From NCBI RefSeq assembly GCF_009914755.1, contig NC_060938.1: 64,000 bases of DNA; one strand, given 5' to 3'. Positions within the stretch are counted from its first letter, which is position 1; every line of letters starts with the position of its first letter. Made by a program: the position numbers and the translations under genes. Source of the DNA: the human T2T-CHM13v2.0 reference genome, Homo sapiens. This document shows, piece after piece, positions 14,167 through 27,680 of this stretch. The notes under the pieces are model-generated. The model ran no database searches. It saw nothing but the letters and a program-made list of their open reading frames with translations, and was not told the DNA's origin.

Positions 14167-16312
14167 GAGATTGGGATGTGCAAGGTGAGCAGTGGAGTAA
14201 GGAAAAGGTATTCGCTCCTCCTTCAGAACATGCCTTTTAGCTTCTTCTACATCCCTATTTGGTCTGTAAGGCTTGTTTTCCACTCTGTCTCAGACACACG
14301 GACCTCTTTGGTGTTCCAGAAAGGAAATCCAGCTTGGACAGAACCAGGCTTGTCTCCCAGTCCCACCACTTTCTGGCTGTGTCAGCTCACATCAGTCACT
14401 CAGCCTCTGAACTTCTTTATTGAATGAAGTCCTATCTAGAGAAAGAATGTGTGGGCTACAGGAGGTGATCGACAATAGTATTGTTTCCAGTAATAACTGT
14501 TGCCATAAATATGTACAAGTTACTTTTTGCCTAAGAACTTCATATGGATATGTAAGCAGGCTTATTTTTAAATCTGCGTCCGTTACAGTGAAAATAAAAG
14601 TTGGCTTTGGCTTCTGTAAAAGGAATCTTTTGAATTCCAAAGAAAGAGGCTCTGGAATTCAGAGGTTTGTTTAAAATGGGCAATCCCAGGAGTCTGCATC
14701 TGCTCCCGGCATCACAGGCAGGAAGTATCGCTGTGAACAAGATGCCAGGCAGGCAGGCACAGGTCCTCAGACAGAAATGGCTGGGCGCTAACTCGCCGAT
14801 AGCAACAGAGACAACAGCAGCTTCCACCCCTTTCTGGGGGCCAACCACATACACCCACTGGGTAGCCCCTCTGTGAGAAAGCTTTACCGATATTACTACC
14901 ATGAATTCCAACTTCAATTAGCAAATTCAGTCCTAGAATTTCCAGTTCAAAGATGGAAACATTGAGGTTCAGGGAAGTTACACAGCAAGTCCAAATTCAC
15001 ACAGCTGGACTGCAGGGCTGAGGCCAGGTTTTAAATTCAGTTCTGCTTGAGTCTGTACTCCTGACCACTATGTTATACCAGGCGGCTTCCTGTGCAACTG
15101 CTGGCTGGGAGTGGGCCACCTTTCAGAGCTGGGGGTCAAGATCTTGAGCCTTGTTGCAGTGTTATGGCGGTGGAGAGGGACAGGAGAGGCCCGGAGACAG
15201 CACCTCCTCACCTTGGCTTTTCCCTACGCCTGAGACCCTGTCACTACTTCGTCTGAAGTACAGAGGCTCTAATAAGACTCTCCTGCATCCTTCTTTCTTC
15301 CTGGAAATTACATTAGACAGTTTCCCCAATGCATGTCCCATGGAACACCAGTCCCTCCTGCCGTTTTCTAGGAACCAGGCAAGAAGGAGTTCTGTGAATG
15401 AGCTTCCACCAAGAATTCCTGAAACAGGCTTCCACAGAGCCCCTCAGGGTAAACACTGGCTCGAGCAACAGCCCTAATCCTTTTCTAAGGCACAGAGGAA
15501 GTGGCCACGAACATTTAGCTCTCTGGAGTCACTGCAAGAGACTGTGAGAGCTGGCACTGGGTTGGGAGGGGGTGGCCAAGAAACCACCTGGCTCAGGGAC
15601 CATGGGCTGCGCACGGCCAAGGGGCTACTGTTTCTAATCAGCAGGTGATCAAATATTAAGGGTCAGGAGCAGGGACAGAAAGGGAGGTGCAGCTCCTCCC
15701 TAATGAGGCCTGGATGACTGTCAGTGGCTTGGCAGAGGGCCCTGAGCCCTGGGTGGACACGGCCCTAAGTCATGAGTAGCATCACCCGTGTCACTGCCAC
15801 GGGCCACCCCTGACTCTCTTGTGCCTGACCCAGAGGCTGGGCCTCAGGCCTGGCTCTGCCTTCGAACACACCAGTTTTGCATCTATTTGTAACTTTACTT
15901 CACAGCCTATATATGTCTCTGCTCATTGAATTCTCCTTTGAACTTGTAACGTCTTACTGATGGCTTCAATAACTATCAAGTTAAACAAAATCGCTGACAT
16001 ATGGTCATTTCATATATTTATTTTTATTATATTTACTTTCATCTTATTTACATGTCATATTTTTTATCTCCTTTATCAACAGTCTCCTTTATCATCTTTT
16101 ATCATCTATTAATCTACTTTATCATCTCCTCTTATAAACGGTCACAAAAATTTAAACAGAATTCCAGCCCCTTTTTCTATTAATTTTTTCCTCTTGGTTT
16201 CCTTAAGTTTGTGGAGTGCTCTTTCTCACTTCTTGACTTAAAACATTAGTTCATTGATTTTTATTAATTCTCATTTAACAATTGAAATTATTTTATGCTA
16301 CAGATGTACATC

Positions 16313-17038
16313 TTTGGTAGGAAGAAAAATGGCCCCCACAAAGGTATATTTACTTCCTAGCCCTCAGAACCTATTAATATTACCTTCTATGGCAAAAGAG
16401 TGAATATCGCTTTATGTGGCAAAAAAATTGATAAAGTGATCCTAGGTTATCTGGATAGGCCTTAGATGCCATCACTTGCAGCCTTACAAGAGAGATGCAG
16501 AGAGAAATTTAACGTGGACACAAGAGGAGAATGTGAGGCCAGGCGTGGTGGCTCATGCCTGTAATCCTAGCACTTTGGGAGGTCGAGGCAGGAGGATCGC
16601 TTGAGCCCAGGAGTTTGACACCAGCCTGGGCAATATAGTGAAAACTTGTGTCTACAAAAAGAAAAAAATTAGCCGGGTGTAGTGGTGCATGCCTGTGGGA
16701 GCTACGCGGGAGGCTGAGGCAGAAGGATCGCTTGAGCCCAGGAAGTCAAGGCTGAAGCGAGCTATGATGGCACGATTGCACTCCAGCCTGGGTGACAGAG
16801 AAAGACCCTGCCTCAAAAAAAGAAAAGAAAAGAAAAAGAGAAGGCGATGTGAAGACGGAGGTAGGTACTGGAGTGAGGCAGCCTCCAGCCCAGAGGCTCT
16901 GGGAGAGCTCCCAGAGCCACATGAGGAAGTGTGGCACTGCTGACACCTTGACTTCAGGCTTGTCAGTTTCAGAAGGGTGAGAGAACGCATTGCTGTTGCT
17001 TTATGCAGCTTGTACAGCAGACACAGGAAACTAATACA
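16313..17038 (+). mobile_element. MLT1D/E-like solo LTR interrupted by AluJ, within old L1-like sequence
   Basis: tttggtaggaagaaaaatggcccc..gctgacaccttgacttcagg..caggaaactaataca. TSD acatc/tcatc. AT-rich L1-like flanks at ~15900-16310 and ~17040-17950. Confidence 0.8.
16537..16838 (+). mobile_element. AluJ-type SINE
   Basis: J-diagnostic ggatcgcttgagcccaggag in both arms, plus ggcaatatagtg and gctatgatgg. Confidence 0.93.
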
Positions 17039-19699
17039 TCATCTAATGCAGACTTGGTCAAGTTGCAAGTGTTTCTGTGTATTGGGTGTTCATTTTCAAT
17101 ATTTTCTAGGTGGTCTCCAATTGCAGCTTTTAGTTACGCTCTCATATTTAGAAGAAAAATTCTGCCCATTCTTTTTAAGTAGTTCTTGTTAGTGGCTTTG
17201 GCTGATAATGTTTAGCGTGTTAGTATATGACATTATAAATTGGGATTGTCCTTTTTGGGGATTTATCCATATTTTTACTATGGCAAAATTTATTATCAAT
17301 GTTTTTAATGTTCCATGGGATTGGAAAAGTTGTAAAGCAACTTATAAGAGGAAGTAAATCCATCCATCCATAATTTGTATCATCCAAGTTCCTTGTTTTA
17401 CCTACTTGGTCTTAAATGATTAAGAGATGTCTGTTAAACTGTTCTACTCTTAGCATGTTTGTGAAAATTTCTCTTTGCTTGTTTTTTAGATTTTAATACT
17501 ATTTAGTACATCCCATAAAACTCTGGGATTTTGTTTTCCTTGTTTTGTGTTCTTTACTTCTTTATTACCCTCGTAATTTTTTGTAGTTTCTCGATCTTTT
17601 TTTCTCTGTTACAATTTTTGGAGAAAAAAGAAAACAAAACACATTTCCTTCCATCTTTTTGAGCCATTTTGTTTTACATGAGTCCCATGGAGAAAGTATA
17701 TAGCTTAATTTTGATTTTAGTTTTTGTATCCAATTGTAACCAATTTTGTTTTTGTATCTCATTCGGGAATAAGCATGAGGTTTAACCCCTTTACACTTAA
17801 CTGATATTTTTGTTCTTGTTTCTACCACTTGTTTTACTACATGTTTTAAAATAATTTTTCTGCTTTCTTTAGCTTTGACTTTTTTTTTCCTTTTTTTCCC
17901 TCTGCATTTGCTCATGTAAACAGGAATTTTTTTCTATGACTGTGAAGGTGTACATGCCATTTTTAAATCTTCTGGACTCACTGATACCTACCTGCTCCTT
18001 CCAGAGCTGTCTCTTCACTGACACTCCCAGCTCTGTAGTTGGGGTAGCCACCCCTTTGTTTATTCCTATAACAAATACGTAATGAATCCATGTGATGTGC
18101 CAGGCATAGTGCCAGTCCCCAGGAATCAAGTGAACCATGTCCTGCAGCTCCTGCCCCTTGGGACAGATGGTCTGGTGGTGGGAGAGAGACCTTAAGCTAG
18201 CAATTCTATTAATAATTATTTTAGCACAATTGCAATAACCATACAGCTGCCTTCAAATTCTATGAACGTGTAACAGTTGGAGGAAGACATATATGACTGG
18301 CTTGCAAATACATGTCTCTATATAAAGGGTCTCAGAAGGACCCAGGTTTCAGCTGCTTACATCTTACAAGCTGTGATGCTTTCTGGAAAAGGCTCACTGC
18401 ACATAGGCACTCAGAATCATTTTGGAATCTGCCCTCTGCCTGCTGGAATCCATTTCTAACCCATGCCTGGCACTCTCCCCTAGCTACCAGCTGGTGCAGG
18501 GTCTTCCCTGTTTCTACAAACCATGCTTATTTCTGTGAAGGCCAGGAAGAAAGAATCACACGCTATGCGCTTTACTGGAAAGATTAAAGATTTTGCTTCC
18601 TTGAAGGCCTGGGAACTAGCACAGCGACTAGCTATTGAAATAATGTATTCACCAGAATCCTTTACTGTAAGCTGCCTCAGCCCTTTGGGAAGAGGAGAGG
18701 ACATAAGTAATAAATATATTATTATAGTCCTGACTCAGTCCTTAACTCACTCTGCAACCCTGGGTGAGTCCATCGGTAGACTTTGGTTTTTCTGCCCCAT
18801 CCTGATGTGGCATGACAGATACAGAGTCAATGAGTAATTCATGCAAGTCCATGCACCTCAGATTTTGCCCTAGATCTGGGGACAGCAGGAGAGGAGGCTG
18901 GGGGGCAGGAATTAGTGTTCACTGGGGGAAACACTGTAGGATGTTCCAGGAGAAATCTGGAGATTCCATATGCAGAAATAGACCCAGAACGAGTTCCTCA
19001 TCAGGCCTCCCAGGAGACAAGTGGTTGGGGGATCGAAGCAGGCTCAGGAATCAGAGAGGGAGATGGAGTTTCATAGGCACACACAGGCCGCATGGGCCTC
19101 TAAGACATGGGGCTGAGGTGGTCCCTTGGGCTCTGCCCAGCTCTGACGCTGTGGCTCTCCAATCCTGATTCATCTGGTGTCCTGAGAACACAACGTGGGG
19201 ACGTGCCCACCATGGCTTCCCATTCAGCTTTCCACCAGGGTCAATTGTTGCAACTACACCTTTCCAGCGATACCCCCTTGTTAATGCCAAACTAGTTTTC
19301 CAAGAGGCTTACCCAGAAAGAAGAGCTTATGGAGGTTGGGATCAAATCAAAGCCACTGGGGTCAGCAACTGTGTCAGCTCCCTTAGAGAGGGTGTTCAAG
19401 TGGCTGGTGCAGGCAGCAGAGAAGGGGGTCTCAAGGCTCAGCTCAATTGAAACAGCTCTGGTCCCTCAATAGCTGTTTCCCGGCCCATCCCACAAGCCCA
19501 GAAGGCTTAACAAGGACATGAATATGAACCTGGCCCTCCTTCTGCCCTGTTTCTGTCATAGCCCTTCTACCACCCAGCTAGGTGGCTCACCACCCATCTA
19601 TCTTGCAGGCAAATATATGAACAGAACATCAGCTTTGGGATGGGAATAGGGAGGCAGGAAAGAAAAAAAATTCACCCACATGTTCTCCAACTCTACCTT

Positions 19700-20410
19700 G
19701 CCCCAAATGTAGCTCTTAACAGGAGGCACCATTAATAACTAGAGCTAACTGCTAGCTAAGATTTTTCTCTTTCTTTTTCTTTCCCCTTTTTCTTTTCTTT
19801 TTTTTTTTTAATCTGGTGTTTATAATTCCAATTGGTGTAAAATTTCCTGATGGTTAACACATCACATTACCGACACTTTTGAATAAATGACTCATTCCCA
19901 AATAATTGACTAGCTTTGTAATTTGGGAAGTAAAATCACATTTACGAGTCCCTGGAGTGAAGGGTCTATATTTTTGTGCATAAAAAGTAGATAAATCATA
20001 AAAGCGAAATCTGCAAATACTCCCATTAGCCTTTGTCCTCGCATTAAGGCAGCGCCTCTTAAAAGGGCACAGCTGCCTAGAATCACCAGAGGGCTTTATA
20101 CTCGGGCCCTGTTTTATCTTGATGGTAAAATTACATGTTGGTCACTGTAATCCCGTGTCCAGTGGGCCGGCGGCACTCCATGTCCCTTTCCCAGTCCGGC
20201 TTCTCATTCCCATTCAAACCATCCAGACCACATTGACTTTGGGTGCTTTGTGGCCAAACATGGAACCCCATCAAGAAGAAACACTCCTCCATTGCGACAG
20301 ATTCAATTACCAGCAGCATCCACAAATAATAAATAGGGGCGTTGTCAATTTAGGGTTCAACAAGCCCGCCACATGATCCTAATAAGACCTGACAGGGATT
20401 TTTTTTTTTC

Positions 20411-20442
<32 letters not shown>

Positions 20443-21130
20443 AGTAGTTGGGAGTCAACTATCATGACTTTGTTTTAACTACAGACGCACATGCATTTTT
20501 CAGTATATTCATTTTTAAGGGCAAAAAGTACACATACAACCGAAAATGCAGACTCAAGCCTGCGCTATTTTGTGCTGAACTCTAATTGTATTTTTATGTG
20601 CTGTGGATTTGAAATCTAGAAGTCCTGGGATTTTAAGCCTCAGGTCCTTTTCCCACTTTTCCAGAGTACTATAAATTAGTGTAGTATGCTTGAAAGAACC
20701 CCTAATTGTAACTGCTCTTGTTGACATATCAACTTGAGGCCGCACAGAGCTGGCTTAGAGGCTGCTGCCCTTGGTTTTGTAGTTACCCTGCATTTCAAGG
20801 GCCTGACAGATCCGGTGCTAAGATGTTCTGAATTAGATTTGAATTACAACCGCTAAATGCCCTTGTCAAAGATTGTTAGTCCTGACACTAGCCATGTACC
20901 TTGAGCTGACTGTTCCGATGCAAGGCCGACGGCTTAAACAAAGACATGCCCCCAAGTTTCATTCCGAATTGTCAAAACGTAATTGAGTTAAAAAGAGCAA
21001 CTACAGCATAAGAATTGCAATCTTCGCTGCTTCTTTCTGCTTTGAAATAAATCCAGGGGACAATTTAGCGGCATCAGAGGCACAAAACGAGAAGGGTGTT
21101 TTCCACCAAGATGTGGGGTTCTAAAAAAAT
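19700..21130. promoter_or_regulatory. Candidate conserved non-coding enhancer block
   Basis: No recognisable interspersed repeat. Posterior-HOX motifs (tttacgag 19941; cataaaa twice near 19979-20003), AP-1 tgactca 19888, retained CpGs. Function is inferred only. Confidence 0.45.
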
Positions 21131-21917
21131 AAAAATCTAAACCCATCTCTGTATTCCAGGATGAGACTAGCCGAAGACCTTGCTGAATGCCTTTCAGTTT
21201 TGGACTTAGTCCATCCCATGTGAAACAAGTAAAAATAGCCAGCTAGAGAACTGACCCAGCAGAGTGCCAAGTCCATCGCTATCACTCAGCCAATGTTAGG
21301 CATGGTAATGAATGAATAAATTTTAAGAAAGATCAACAGATCGTGGGTAGAAAGATGGAACGTTGAAGCCAGGCAACCAAACTTGAATTTTCTTCTTCTT
21401 GCCAGATGTGTGATCTGACCAATTGCCTACCTTTTCTGAGCCTCTGTGTCTTCATCTGCAAACATGAGGACACCCAGGATACCCATGACTGCCTCCCAGA
21501 GTATTGAGTGAGACCATGGCTATAAAGCTGCATTGGCACATTGCAGCCAGCTGATTGGTTTTCTTTCCTTCTTTAAGAGATTGCCCACAGCAGGGCTTCA
21601 TGAAGCTGTAATGGGAACTTTCAACCAAAATCCACAGAGCAGCAAGGCCTGGAAAGGCTGCCATGTGAGTGCCCAGCTCAGAAGCCATGAAAGCTAAGCA
21701 GCACAGACAGGTGGGCAGCTGCTGGTGTCACAGGAGGAGTGGTAGCGACCGTCGTGGTTGAAGAGTGCCTGCTCCATCTGAAAAATCCCCAAATTCCGAT
21801 TTCAAACACATCATCCAAAACAAATTTAGCTGCGTGAGGACTCAGCCAGGGGCCAGCAGTTTGCAGAGGATTTATACCTCAGTATACTTAAGAGAAGGCA
21901 TCTGGTGAATTGAAAAT

Positions 21918-22814
<897 letters not shown>

Positions 22815-23599
22815 TCATGCATTGAACCTCCCTGAGCCTCAGATTCCTCAGCAGTGAAATGATAACATCAGCCTTGAGTCCCAGGGGGAAGAAGGGGCAT
22901 GAATCCCGATGGCCTTGGGTGCTGTTTTACTTGAACATGAAGCGCTCTGCTCATGTTCACTGTGGCTATTTCAGAACCGGCAAGTGCCATCAAGATGCCA
23001 AGCGCAAGAGGCTGTTTCATTCCCATAGAGATAAGTCCCCGCTCCTCCCCTTGCTAAGGAAAGTATGCAGCGTCTCAACTACACATGTATTTCTTAACAG
23101 GGATGGAAATAGCAAGCTCTCAAATTGCACCTCGGATTCTTGGACTTGGAACAGGGAGCACAAATCCCGGCAGCTTAATATGAAAAAACAAAACAAAACA
23201 AAAAAAACACTCCGGAGAAGACGTTCCAGTGGCTTGTTTGGGGATCCCTCATCCAGGGGCGAAGGAGTGTGATGAGAAATGAGGTTCTCTGTCCACATCT
23301 GGAAAGGCCATCTCATGCTTCCCTAGGGAAAAGCCCGAGGCGCCCAAGGAATGTTTGCCCTGGCGAAAGCCGAAAAGGGGAAAGAAAAAGCAGGTAGCAG
23401 AGAGGGACAGAGAAGCCACTAAAACGGGAGGTTCTCACTCAGCCTCAGACTTCGATCTGGAGGACCGAGAACAGCTGCCCTTTCCTCTTCTAGGCTGCAG
23501 AAAAATCGCTTCCATGCTCTCAAGTAAATAAATGAGAGGAAAAACAATCATTTTTGTGGGTCCTGCATAAAGCCCAAAGCAAAATGTCCTCCTTTAAAA

Positions 23600-24250
23600 A
23601 AAAAAAAAAAGCTGAAATGATGAAGTATGCGTCTGCAATTTTACCTACTGGCACGCCCCATCGGATAAACAGGGTTTTATGAAGGAAAATTATTTCTTGG
23701 TTAGAAAACTCCAGACAGATGAAAGAGAGACACTTGTCTTCAGGCCCGATAGCACCAGCTTTGAAGCCACAGGTTTGAGGGAATTAGCTCAACCCAGCAT
23801 CCCTTCACTCTGTTCGTGGCGTTAATTTCCGATTCCATTAAGCAGCCCATCGGCTCGCAGCCTCCCCTCCTCCCCTCCCCGGGCCTGATTCGGATGCAAG
23901 TCACAGCGCCGGAGTTCAAGCTGCTGCCTCTTAAGAAGGCCTATTTTGACACAGTAATTACAGTGCTTGAACGATGCTTTACATTAGAGTATAAAACACT
24001 CATTAAATTAAAATTCTTCCATGAAATCATGAAAATAAACAGTCTGTCCAAACTGGCATCAACAAATTCACAGGGTGCCTCTGCGTTTTCTCAGCCCGGG
24101 CTAGCTAAGGGCTGCATGTAACCACGAAGTGTGAACGGTTCACATTCCTTTGAAGGCCGCATTCTGCTTCTTTTTAAGATTATTGCTTTAATTGTTTTTA
24201 CAACTTGTAAGATTTTAAAGCTATTAAGCTTCCAAGTTGGGAGTGGGAAA
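23600..24250. promoter_or_regulatory. Candidate conserved non-coding enhancer block
   Basis: Repeat-free and CpG-retaining, with ttttatga 23675, gtaattac 23954, cattaaattaa 24001 and TCF/LEF cctttgaa 24147. Function is inferred only. Confidence 0.5.
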
Positions 24251-24583
24251 ACTTGAAATGGGGACCATGGTACCCGGCCCAGGGTGGGAGTGGGGGTGGG
24301 AGACAGGTTACCATTCCCAGCCCCCAGACCCTTCTGGGACAATTAAAATGCAAGGGACAAGATGAGATGGGCAATTTCTCCATGGCCCCTTGAGGGATGG
24401 AAAATAAACCTCACATTTCAAAGAATCTAGATAGGAGAGGAGGCAGCATGGTTGCATGAAAAGGGTAGGGCACTTACAGCCAGCCAAACCGGGCATGAAC
24501 TTGGCAACTGACCTCTCTGAGCTCACTGTAAGATAAAGTGAGGATACCCAGGATGCCCATGCCTACTTCTGGGTAGGTACTTG

Positions 24584-24684
24584 CTGGGACTACAGGCATT
24601 TGCCACTGTGACTGGACACAACTGTTACTATTAAAACACATTATTTCTTCCCTCCAATTCTTCCCCCTACTTCTCAGTCTATGG
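24584..24684 (+). repeat. 101-bp dispersed direct duplicate of 26494-26594
   Basis: Ungapped 93/101 identity by manual alignment, offset 1910 bp. Confidence 0.93.
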
Positions 24685-24712
24685 CTGTGTGTAAAATAAA
24701 GATAAATGAGTA

Positions 24713-25356
24713 CAGTGGATCTCATGATTTGTTGGAGTTACGTTCTCTAAAGCAGCCGCAAACACCAAACTAGCAAACACAGAACCACTTGCTCCTAGGA
24801 GAAACACAGGCTTAGGTTCCTACAAGCCTCGGGTCACGTTTTTGTCAACTGATCAATACATAACCATGTATTATGTGTTTTGCTTCAAGACATCGTATTT
24901 AATATATGTTGTTGATGTATTAACATTCAACTCAGGGCCAACAGCCCAGCCAACTCATGCCTGAATGACGCTCATCTATGAGCTACATGTTCTCTGCGAG
25001 GCACATCACAGCCTAGGAGCTTGGGCTCAGGAACATTAGACAGCACTTCTGCATTGCACTTGGGAGCCATTTTTAAACAACAAAATCACCAACAAAAAGT
25101 GCTAAAAGGCAAACAAAATGTATAGCACTAGATACATTGCAATGAGGACACTTGTTTGCCGTACAGAAGCTGAAAGACGAAGGCAGAGAGCACGTCGCTG
25201 TGTTCATCCTCAGCTGGGAACATGCAGAGACTCAAATTATTCCCTACTCGGCCCATGTTGGTGAATGACTCCAAAAACAGCACTGAGGTTACAGATAAAT
25301 TGTATCAAGAAAGCACATTTACCAAAATAGGATCTATGAGCCATGAGGATCAATTG
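24713..25356 (+). mobile_element. MER82 (TcMar-Tigger) DNA transposon, near full length
   Basis: TA|cagtggatctcatg..gaaccacttgctcctaggagaaacacaggcttaggttcct..catgaggatcaattg|TA, with TIRs and TA target duplication. Confidence 0.85.
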
Positions 25357-26243
25357 TACTTTATGGGCATAAACAGGGGGGGTGCCACTGCTTTCCAAGC
25401 AGAAATGTCAGAGAAGAAAGTGGAGATGACATGTGAATGTGTGTCAGGGAAGAATCAATCTTGGTGCTGCTCCATGATACCTACAGAGACAGGAGCAAGA
25501 GAAGAGTGACAAGAGTTTGATCAAGTTGAAGACAAGACAGATGTTAAGATGCAGGTGTCTAACATTTTATTTAGCACCACGTGTTGATGGGTCAAAGGCT
25601 TTGTCTAAAGGCAGGGAGAAGATGCTCTAGAAAGAGAATGAAATTGAACAAAGATAATTTGAGGTTTCTGGAGTACTCAGAAAGAGCAACCGGGGAGGAG
25701 AGGAGAGCCGCAGCAGGAACTGGCGCTGAAGCCCCAGAGAGGCACAGCCAGGGTCAGGTCCTCCCCGCGAAGTTCTCATATTCCTCTTTGGGCTGTAGGC
25801 TTCACTGAGCTACCAGGGCTGCAACCACCCTGTGCCCCAGCTTCCATCTTGCCTTTTTTGGGGAATCCAGATCAAGGTATGGACCATGGAGAACAGGCCA
25901 GAACAGAGGTGATGAGATGTAGGGAGCTTGGAGAATTCAGTGGAAACAGAAGCTTAAGGTTCACAGAGACAAACAGATGTGTATACCCTCCACCAAGATT
26001 CCCCAGGGAAATTGGGTGGAGAGTGATGACAGGGTCCCACCAGATGGGAGGCAGGGGTTCAAGCCACTGTCACTTGCCTACACAAAGGAAAGATGACCCC
26101 AAAGTCAGTATTACGGGACACCCAGGAGGCTAGTTCTTGGGACATATTGAGTTGCTATGAAGATTCAGGATAACTTATACAAAACACTCAGAATATAATG
26201 GTGTTCTATAAATCGGAATGTTATAGGTACAACTGTTACTACT

Positions 26244-26527
26244 TTTTTTGAGACAAGCTCTCGCTCTGTTGTCCATGGGTGCAGTGGCGCAATCTGGGCT
26301 CACTGCAACCTCTGCCTCTCAGGCTCAAGTAAACCTCTCACCTCAGCCTCCAGAATAGCTGGGACTACAGGCACGTGCTACCATGCCCAGCTAATTTTTG
26401 TATATTTTGTAGAGGCAGAGTCTCGCTATGTTGCCCAAGCTGGTCTCAAACTTGTTGTCTCAAGCAATCTGTTCGCTTTGGCCTCCCAAAGTCCTGGGAC
26501 GACAGGCATGAGCCACCGTGCCTGGCC
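26244..26527 (-). mobile_element. AluJ-type SINE
   Basis: ggctcaagtaaacctctcacctcagcc and tcaagcaatct. TSD acaactgttactact (26229-26243) / acaactgttattatt (26528-26542). Confidence 0.92.
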
Positions 26528-27284
26528 ACAACTGTTATTATTAAAACACATTATTTCTTACCTCCAATTCTTCCCCCTACTTCTCAGTCTATGGTAACTT
26601 CTCAGAACAGAGACTGTGTCTTAGTCTTCTCTGGATCCCTAGTGCTTAGAACAAAGCCTAGCCCATGGTAAGTGCTCAGGAAACATTTGCTGAAAGAATA
26701 AAAGAAAATGAGCATGGGTTTCATGAAGATCGTCACCTGCCTTCTTAAAGGAAGCATTGCTTTGCTGGGAAGAAATTTGCCAGGCCAATAGTCTGGAATA
26801 TATGCCCAGTGTCTACAAACCTAGCACCAGAAAATAACCAAGATCCCCCTCTGGACCTAGGTTTTCCTACCTGGGCTGTGAAGAGCCCCAGGATATCACA
26901 CAGGGGGCCTCAGGTGGGCTCTGGAAACCAGAAGGAGGGATTAAGTGGAGGAAAGCCAGGCAGGCATGGTTCAGGAAGACCCACTTAGCCTCCACTAGCC
27001 ATGCAGCAAAGCATTAAGTTTATTAGATTATTCATTGGAATCGCAATGTCGATATTCTTTAACAAAAAAAAAATCCTTGCTTAAAAAATAATAAAAGACA
27101 CACTTAGACGCCACTGACATTCAATCACTTAATATTGGAGAGAAAAAAACTGAGATTCAGAAAGTGAAAGTGACTCAACCAAAGTCCCAGAGCAAGAAAG
27201 GGACAGACTTGGGCCAGAAGCCTGGTTTCACCACACCACTGGATGGTCTTCCTGGAGTGCACCTCTTTAAGTATTAGTTTATTG

Positions 27285-27680
27285 TTTTAGTCAGGATGGG
27301 ATAGCCTAAGCTGTTGTAACAAACAATCTCCAAAATCTCAGTAGCTTAGCACAAAACTTTCTCACTCACACAGACTCTGATGCAGGTCTGGGTGATTCTC
27401 CAGGGCAGCCGCTCTCCATGTGGTGACTCAGGATTCAGGATGCTTCTTTGGTGTAGCTGCACCATCTCAGCATCAGTCCTCCCCCATTATCACCCCTGTC
27501 TGGGAAGGGAGAGACAGGAGAATGAATCACACAAAAGCTTCTTTTCACCACCTCAGCCTGGAAGTGACAGACATCACTTCCACCCACATTTATTGGCAGC
27601 TGTAGTCATGTGACCCTGCCTAACTGCATTGCAGTTGGGAAGTATGGTCTTCAAATGCCCAGGGAGGAGAAAAGAACTGG
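27285..27680 (-). mobile_element. Old MLT1 (K/L-like) LTR
   Basis: ttagtcaggatggg..gctgttgtaacaaacaatctccaaaatctcagtagcttagcac..ccatgtggtgactcagg..ggaagtgacagacatcacttcc. Confidence 0.65.
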
